NCBI GenBank assembly: GCA_963776275.1
Contig: CAVZMI010000021.1
Span: forward strand, 1 to 64,000
DNA length: 64,000 nt
Origin: Ignavibacteriota bacterium
GTDB lineage: Bacteria > Bacteroidota > Ignavibacteria > UBA10030 > CAVZMI01
Direction of reading: 5' to 3'
Below, in pieces: positions 58,063-64,000 of the stretch (position 1 is the first letter of the stretch; the number at the start of each line of letters is the position of its first letter). Below the pieces are notes generated by a model. It was not told the origin of the DNA. It ran no database searches and worked only from the letters and a program-made list of their open reading frames with translations. The translations under genes were made by a program, and so were the position numbers.

Positions 58063-58440
58063 TTAATTCAGGTATTTCGACACTTCATACTGAATTCGTT
58101 TTGGATTGAATGGTTTCACAAGATACGAATTCGCCCCGAGCATCAATCCCCTTTGAATATCGTCTTCATTTGCCAGAGATGAGAGAATAATCACGGGTAT
58201 CCAACGGTATTCTTCCGTTTCACGCAACGTGCGGATGAATTCAAATCCATCCACATTCGGCATATTGAGATCTGTGATAATCAGATCGATGTGTTCTGAC
58301 GGAAGACGCTCGAGGGCTTCCATGCCATCCGATACAGTCAGTACCCGGTAACCAAGTTCTCTCAATGCAAATGTTACAAATTTCCGGATTGAGGTGGAAT
58401 CATCTGCCACGAGAATAACTTTTTCCATAATGTATTTCAC
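58063..58440 (-). CDS. CheY-like single-domain response regulator
   Basis: ADDS, TDLNMP, YLVKPF. Confidence 0.9.
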   Translation of the reverse strand: MKYIMEKVILVADDSTSIRKFVTFALRELGYRVLTVSDGMEALERLPSEHIDLIITDLNMPNVDGFEFIRTLRETEEYRWIPVIILSSLANEDDIQRGLMLGANSYLVKPFNPKRIQYEVSKYLN

Positions 58441-59328
58441 TCCTTCTTATAGGCGAGTGTTTTTGGATAATGGACAAGTTTAAATGCCTTTGTGATACCG
58501 TGCAACGACTCAGAGTATCCTATAAAGAGATATCCACCACGGTCCAGACTGTTATAGAGATCGGCAATTACTTGCTTTTTTGAATTCAAATCAAAGTAAA
58601 TCAGAACGTTACAGCAGAAGATAACATCGAAGTCGGACATTCTTCTCATCTGCTGTTGATCATAGAGATTCAGCGTATCAAACCGAACCAGATCTTTCAC
58701 ATCGTTATGAAGATAATATTTCCCATCCATGACGGAAAAATACTTATCGAGATAGAGTTTCGGAGCATTTCGGATTGAATAATCCCGATACACTCCGTCC
58801 TGTGCAGTTTCAAGCATTTGCGAATTTATATCGGTTCCAATGATTTCCAGCTCAATACCCGGATAGCGCGGTTTAATTTTTTCCAGATAAATCATTGCCA
58901 TTGTATATGCTTCTTCGCCGCTCGAACATGCGGCACTCCAGAAGCGAAGAAGTCGTTTTCCGGCTGATTTTTTTGCAAGAATGATCTCATTTACGATCTG
59001 CGTCTCCAGGGCATTGAATTGCGGTTCATTCCGGAAAAAACTAGTCTCATTGATCGTGATCGACTCGTAGAGGATTTTTAATTCCTCTTGCCGTTCCACT
59101 CCGGATTGTATCAACCTCAGATATTCGTCATAATCCTTTATTTCTAGGACATCAAGACGCTTTGCCAGAACGTCCTTCAAGAAGGTACTTTTTATTGTCT
59201 GTGAAAAATATTCCGCATTGTGAATAGATAAAATCCCGGATAGCACGAAATTTATCGTCGGGCATTTTTGGTCCCGGCGGTGAAAAAGTCGGCATTGTTG
59301 CTACCGCGGGAAACGGTTGAAAAGTCAT
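58437..59328 (-). CDS. cheR: Chemotaxis methyltransferase CheR, frameshift near 59175
   Basis: TINETSFFR, WSAACSSGEEAY, NVLIYF; N-terminus (FRAIRDFIYSQCGIFF) lies in another frame. Confidence 0.9.
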
Positions 59329-59349
59329 TCGTCACCTCGATGTACCATA

Positions 59350-60744
59350 CTATTGCGGAATTGTAAGTCGTTCCAACGATCGTTGAGCAAATTCTCGAAC
59401 GATCTCCGATTCATCATTCACTGCTGTCGCCAAATATTCGCGGAGTTGCATATCGCCTACATGTTCCAATAATTCTAAGGCATGAATCCGAACCCAGGGT
59501 TCATAGTCTTTGAGCGAATCCCGGATTATCGGAAGCGCTCTTTCAGTATCAAGCATCATAAGAAGATCGAGTGACCCAAAACGCATCTCGCCTGTCAGCT
59601 CACCCCATATCCGCATAAGAGCTTCAAACGCGCGATCAATCAGCTGGAGAAGATCGCCGTCCTCGGTATCTGAATCTCGCGATTCAACAATATCTTTCAA
59701 TATGAGCGCGAGAAGTTGGATCAGTGTAACATGGGATGGTTCGAACTCCTTTTCCAGTGTCTCGACCAACGCACTGAATGCTTGGTACGGTCTCTGGTGA
59801 AAGATGTTTGAAATAATGTTATTAAATTCCTCATCATTTCCCACCGCCCGGATCATGGCGTTAAAAGCACGCCGTGTTGTAAATTGAGATAATCCCCGAA
59901 GGGCAGAGAGACGAATATCGCGTTCCTCATCTTCAAGTGCTTCAATGAAATATGTTTCAAAAGTTTCAGGAAACTGGAGATCGATCCCCTGCTGTTGGAC
60001 AATTCCGACGACTGCCCGAAGAATCACCCGTCGCATTTCACCCGTATGTTCCGAGATTTTCTCCATCAGGGGATAGAGTGCCTGCTGTGTTCCGAGGTTT
60101 CCCAGCGCTTCTATAATTGCAAATTGTACCAGTGAATCTTCGGTTGCGATGCTTCGGAGTAAAAAATCACCTGCTTTCTCGCCACCAATTTTCCCGAGCG
60201 CCTCGGCGATCGAGGCGCGAAGTCCTTCTTCCGCACCGTAGAGAACAATGAGTGAGTGTACTGCCCGTTCGTCCCGAATATTTCCAAGGGCTTCAACGAC
60301 TCCATATCGGACATTCTCATTGTGATCATTGATAAGATTGATCAGCGGATCAACGGCTCGCGGTTGTTGGATCAGACCTAGAATGTCGACCGTAAATTTC
60401 CGAGTGTCAGGATCTTCATGCGAAAGATATGGGAGGAGGGCATCGATGGCAATACCACCCATTTCAATGAGCAATTCTCCTGCAAGGTTCCTAACGGCCA
60501 CATTATCGTCATGGATATAATGAGTGATAGCCCGCGCAGCATCGTCTGATTTAAATGTATAAAGGCTATGGGCAACCGCATCACGAACCCCTTTATTGTC
60601 ATCGCATAGTTTTAATGCAAGCGCAGAGATCACAGTAGACGATAGTTCGCCATCACCGAGCATCTCCGCTGCAATACGACGCTCTTCAGGGTCGGCACTC
60701 TGCAATTGATCAATAAGATCGTGATTCGTCGGTTCCACGGTCAC
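59350..60744 (-). CDS. HEAT repeat protein
   Basis: Repeated D..VR..A..ALG motifs. Confidence 0.9.
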   Translation of the reverse strand: MTVEPTNHDLIDQLQSADPEERRIAAEMLGDGELSSTVISALALKLCDDNKGVRDAVAHSLYTFKSDDAARAITHYIHDDNVAVRNLAGELLIEMGGIAIDALLPYLSHEDPDTRKFTVDILGLIQQPRAVDPLINLINDHNENVRYGVVEALGNIRDERAVHSLIVLYGAEEGLRASIAEALGKIGGEKAGDFLLRSIATEDSLVQFAIIEALGNLGTQQALYPLMEKISEHTGEMRRVILRAVVGIVQQQGIDLQFPETFETYFIEALEDEERDIRLSALRGLSQFTTRRAFNAMIRAVGNDEEFNNIISNIFHQRPYQAFSALVETLEKEFEPSHVTLIQLLALILKDIVESRDSDTEDGDLLQLIDRAFEALMRIWGELTGEMRFGSLDLLMMLDTERALPIIRDSLKDYEPWVRIHALELLEHVGDMQLREYLATAVNDESEIVREFAQRSLERLTIPQ

Positions 60745-60797
60745 TCCTTTTTTTCACTCTGCAGTTGCACGCATTTCAATAAATCGTAATTTCTTCA

Positions 60798-61289
60798 TCA
60801 GACGACCTCTTTCAGCGAGATATGTTCTTCAATCGAGAAGACCTTCTCGAGATCAAGTAAAATTAATAGCCGGTCTTCGAGTTTTCCGACTGCAGTAATA
60901 TAATCAGCATGAATTCCTGCAACGATAGTCGGAGGCGGCTCGATGACGCTACGCTGTATCCGTAGTACTTCACTCACTGCGTCGACAACAAAGCCTACAA
61001 CGCTACTCTTGAGTTCAACGACGATGATTCTTGTATTTTTGTCATGCTCTTTTCGTTGCATCCCGAACCGGGTCCGAAGATCAATAATCGGAATCACCTT
61101 TCCGCGAAGGTTGATGACACCGTCGACAAAGGGTGGTGAATTCGGAACTGCAGTCACTGTCACCATCCGGTTTATTTCCTGAACCTTAAGGATCTCGACT
61201 CCAAATTCCTCGCCGCCAATAGTGAAGCTCACAAGCTGTAACATCTCTTCAGAGCTTCCTTCAACATTTTTTCCTATTGTACTGGTCAT
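60798..61289 (-). CDS. cheW: Chemotaxis adaptor CheW
   Basis: GVINLRGKVIPIIDLR, GFVVDAVSEV. Confidence 0.95.
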   Translation of the reverse strand: MTSTIGKNVEGSSEEMLQLVSFTIGGEEFGVEILKVQEINRMVTVTAVPNSPPFVDGVINLRGKVIPIIDLRTRFGMQRKEHDKNTRIIVVELKSSVVGFVVDAVSEVLRIQRSVIEPPPTIVAGIHADYITAVGKLEDRLLILLDLEKVFSIEEHISLKEVV

Positions 61290-61315
61290 AGATGCTCCTT
61301 CATCAGCATGTCAAA

Positions 61316-61504
61316 TTATCCATTCTCTTCATTATCCTCTTCGTGATAGAAACCATAATCAGTTTCGATAACGGTCCCTTTCCCCTGACAACGGAAACAG
61401 ACCGTTAGAAAAAGTCCTTCCTCGGTCTCAACAACACCGACAATCCGTGCTCCACGGCATCGTTCACAGACAACTTCACGTTCCCTCCGATGGAAATGTT
61501 CCAT
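61316..61504 (-). CDS. Small zinc-finger-like protein
   Basis: CERCRG...CFRCQGKG; purine-rich RBS. Confidence 0.6.
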   Translation of the reverse strand: MEHFHRREREVVCERCRGARIVGVVETEEGLFLTVCFRCQGKGTVIETDYGFYHEEDNEENG

Positions 61505-61528
61505 ACTTTCTTCCCCCCTTCATTCATA

Positions 61529-61556
61529 TTATCGGTTCCTGCGAACGGAAGCTTTA
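61529..61556 (-). promoter_or_regulatory. Sigma28-like promoter
   Basis: TAAA-N16-ACCGATAA upstream of the Zn-finger/cheW operon. Confidence 0.6.
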
Positions 61557-61580
61557 GCAACTGTATCCATTTACCGTGTC

Positions 61581-63494
61581 TCATTCCCCTGTACTTTTTT
61601 GTGACCGCGGGACAATTTTCCCATTGGGACGAACGGCATATTTACCCCGCGCACCATCCTGAGTCTGCAATTGTGGAGATTCCAATTTGAACCTCGTTAC
61701 CAGCTTCTGCAGATGCTGTGTTAGTTTATTGAGATCTTCTGCAGCCCTGGCGATCTGCTGTGTCCCCTGTGCAGTCTCCTGTGTAATTGCACTCATGGCC
61801 TGTACGTTTTGTGAAATATCACCGCTTGTGGATGACTGTTGAGAACTGGCTGCAGCAATCTGCCGGACGATCTCACCGGCCCTCTCGGCTGTCTCGGTCA
61901 TTTCTTTAAGTGAAACTCCCACGCGTTCAGCAATGACCGCACCATTATCAACTTCCCGCGTTCCCTCATTGATTGCGTTAACTGCATTCTTTGTTTCGAC
62001 CTGTATTTTTTTTATCATTTGGGCAATTTCTTTCGTCGCTTTCGTCGTGCGTTCTGCAAGTTTTCGAACTTCGTCAGCAACAACAGCAAATCCACGCCCC
62101 TGTTCTCCTGCACGAGCAGCCTCAATCGCAGCATTTAATGCAAGCAGATTTGTTTGATCGGCAATATCTTCAATCACCTGAATAATCTCGCCGATTTGAT
62201 CACTGCTTTTCCCAAGACCAACAATCGTTTGCGCAGATTGATTCACCACGTAGGCAATCCGATGAATCCCGACTATCATCTCTTTCGCAACGGCAGCTCC
62301 ATCTTGTGCTCTGAGTGAATTCTGACGTGTACTTTCAGATGCAAGTTCAGTATTTTTTGAATTCTCGGTAATTGTTTCTGTCATTTCTTCGATGGCACTC
62401 GCAATTTCCATTGCCTGCGATGTCTGCGTCTGGGCACCTGCCGCCATTTCTTCTGTACTGGAACTTATCTGTGCACTGGCACTCGCGACGGCTGTCGTCG
62501 TCTCACCGACCTGAAGAAGCATACCGCGAAGATCGGCAATCATCCTGTTGATTATTGCCGTCAAACGTCCGATTTCGTCATTCTTCCGAGGCTGAAGTTC
62601 TTGTGTAAGATCTCCGTTGGTCACCTGTTCAACTACAACCGAGAGTCTGTCTACTTCGGTTTCAAGATAGTGCTGTTGTTCAACGGCGTTTCGTTTCGCC
62701 TGTTCCGCTTCGTATTTTGCGTGCTCCGCCCCTTCCTTTTGTCTTTGTATTTCTACAAGGGATTGACGGATATTTTCAACCATGGTATTGAACGCACTCC
62801 CCATTTCTCCAATCTCATCCTTTTGCTCGATCGTCACGCTGACATCAGTGTGGCCTGCTGCCACTTTCTTCGTCGCATCTTTGAGTACCAGTATCGATGT
62901 CACGATCATCCGCCGGAATAATAACGCAAGCACAAGACCTGCTGCAATAAATACTAGGGTAATCACAACGACCATAATCGTTGCCTGTGCTTTGGCTTTT
63001 TCAAGATGCGAAAGTGAAAATGCAAGTCGGGCATATCCGATCGGTTTGCTTTCAGAGTCTGCCCCTCTCTGGAATATTTTCTTCTGAACATCGAGAACTT
63101 TTTCACCGTTCATCAAGGCTAATTCAACAACTTTTTCACCCGGTGTATTAACGGACAGGAGATCGATATTCCGACCCCCGATATTATATTTTGCAAGATT
63201 TTTTTCAACGAGAATTTTCCCGTCAGCGTCGTATACAACCTGTACTCTCAGATCCGAATCCTGGGCAAGTCCTTCCATGACTTCTTTAATCTGGGGTCCA
63301 TCCTGCATCGATACGCCGGACTGAGAATTGAAGGCGAGGGTTTGCATATGCGATGTTGCCCGTCGTTCTAACTCGTTCATCATTGTGTCAGAGAACGATA
63401 TCTGAAAGTAAACACTTACCGACAGTGCAAGCAGCAAAATCAGCGCCTCAACGAGCAAGAGTACTTTCGTTTGCAGTTTCATGTTCAACCTCAT
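61581..63494 (-). CDS. Methyl-accepting chemotaxis protein
   Basis: 2 TM, 2 [44 protein letters not shown]. Confidence 0.96.
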   Translation of the reverse strand: MRLNMKLQTKVLLLVEALILLLALSVSVYFQISFSDTMMNELERRATSHMQTLAFNSQSGVSMQDGPQIKEVMEGLAQDSDLRVQVVYDADGKILVEKNLAKYNIGGRNIDLLSVNTPGEKVVELALMNGEKVLDVQKKIFQRGADSESKPIGYARLAFSLSHLEKAKAQATIMVVVITLVFIAAGLVLALLFRRMIVTSILVLKDATKKVAAGHTDVSVTIEQKDEIGEMGSAFNTMVENIRQSLVEIQRQKEGAEHAKYEAEQAKRNAVEQQHYLETEVDRLSVVVEQVTNGDLTQELQPRKNDEIGRLTAIINRMIADLRGMLLQVGETTTAVASASAQISSSTEEMAAGAQTQTSQAMEIASAIEEMTETITENSKNTELASESTRQNSLRAQDGAAVAKEMIVGIHRIAYVVNQSAQTIVGLGKSSDQIGEIIQVIEDIADQTNLLALNAAIEAARAGEQGRGFAVVADEVRKLAERTTKATKEIAQMIKKIQVETKNAVNAINEGTREVDNGAVIAERVGVSLKEMTETAERAGEIVRQIAAASSQQSSTSGDISQNVQAMSAITQETAQGTQQIARAAEDLNKLTQHLQKLVTRFKLESPQLQTQDGARGKYAVRPNGKIVPRSQKSTGE

Positions 63495-63552
63495 GGAATA
63501 CTGGATGTATACGACATAGATGTACGATTAATTTTAGTAACCTGCTAATTTT

Positions 63553-63975
63553 TCAACTTTCTCGTGATTCTCGATGACGATAGACTGCTGCAGCAATCGT
63601 GTCTTCAAGTAAACCGAGGTTTAGCGGCTTCGAGAATATACTCTCAACTCCCTCACGACGGGCTTCCTCTATTATGGCTTCATCGCTGAATCCTGAAATC
63701 ATCACAGCAGCAAAGGAACTTCCTCGTTTTTTCAATTCACGGTAGAGTCTCAATCCGTCCATCCCGTCCATTCGGTAGTCCGTCACCAGAACATCGAACG
63801 GATGCCCCGATGCATACTGCAGCGCTTCTTCTCCAGAACACGCCACAGCAACTTCATATCCTGTATAAATAAAAATTGCCTGCAGGGAGTGCCGCAGAAG
63901 ATCATCATCATCGACCAATAATATTTTTCCCCGGGGGATCAACATTTGCTCCAAAGGGCTTTTAGGTTCATCCAT
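63553..63975 (-). CDS. Single-domain response regulator
   Basis: LLVDDD, TDYRM, ISG, SKP. Confidence 0.88.
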   Translation of the reverse strand: MDEPKSPLEQMLIPRGKILLVDDDDLLRHSLQAIFIYTGYEVAVACSGEEALQYASGHPFDVLVTDYRMDGMDGLRLYRELKKRGSSFAAVMISGFSDEAIIEEARREGVESIFSKPLNLGLLEDTIAAAVYRHRESRES

Positions 63976-63986
63976 ATTCACCAATA

Positions 63987-63994
63987 TTATCGGC
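63987..63994 (-). promoter_or_regulatory. Sigma28 -10 element
   Basis: Perfect GCCGATAA just upstream of the receiver/MCP genes; the -35 would lie outside the window. Confidence 0.55.
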
Positions 63995-64000
63995 CATTTA

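Noticed and set aside
3619-59328. Programmed frameshifting or pseudogenisation in the hydrolase, HlyD, arsM and cheR genes
   Set aside because: Scattered single-base shifts in otherwise intact unrelated genes with no common slippery motif; sequencing/assembly indels are more parsimonious (read mapping would decide)

Overview
Bacterial chromosomal window. The gene content (Bacteroidota-type tyrosine integrase, chemotaxis cluster with CheZ-like and HEAT proteins, FliA, CsrA) suggests an Ignavibacteria-like organism; this is inference only. Several conserved genes carry single-base frameshifts, most likely assembly errors. Layout: (1-15.7 kb) housekeeping and metabolic genes (aat, SDR, family-5 UDG, dipeptidase, AddB-like nuclease, SixA) with intergenic nests of REP-like palindromes, including an 8 x 32-bp tandem array. 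(~15.8-23.8 kb) An AT-rich ~8 kb integrated element, all on the + strand: integrase, Xis/AlpA-like HTH, phage-type replication initiator with internal iteron-like repeats, VRR-NUC-like nuclease, a 495-aa tail-hub-like protein, several tiny coiled-coil proteins and several structured RNA candidates. It has no recognisable capsid, large terminase, helicase or lysis genes and is the best candidate here for an undescribed phage-satellite-like system. (24-35 kb) HdrA-like mini-protein, Nudix hydrolase, MFS transporter and a TetR-regulated ABC/TolC efflux operon. (35-43 kb) Signalling kinases and an HTH-less LacI-type protein. (43-49.6 kb) Two arsenic-related operons sharing one operator motif. (49.7-64 kb) FliA/CsrA/HDOD module and chemotaxis operon with sigma28-like promoters. 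No tRNA, rRNA or CRISPR array was found.
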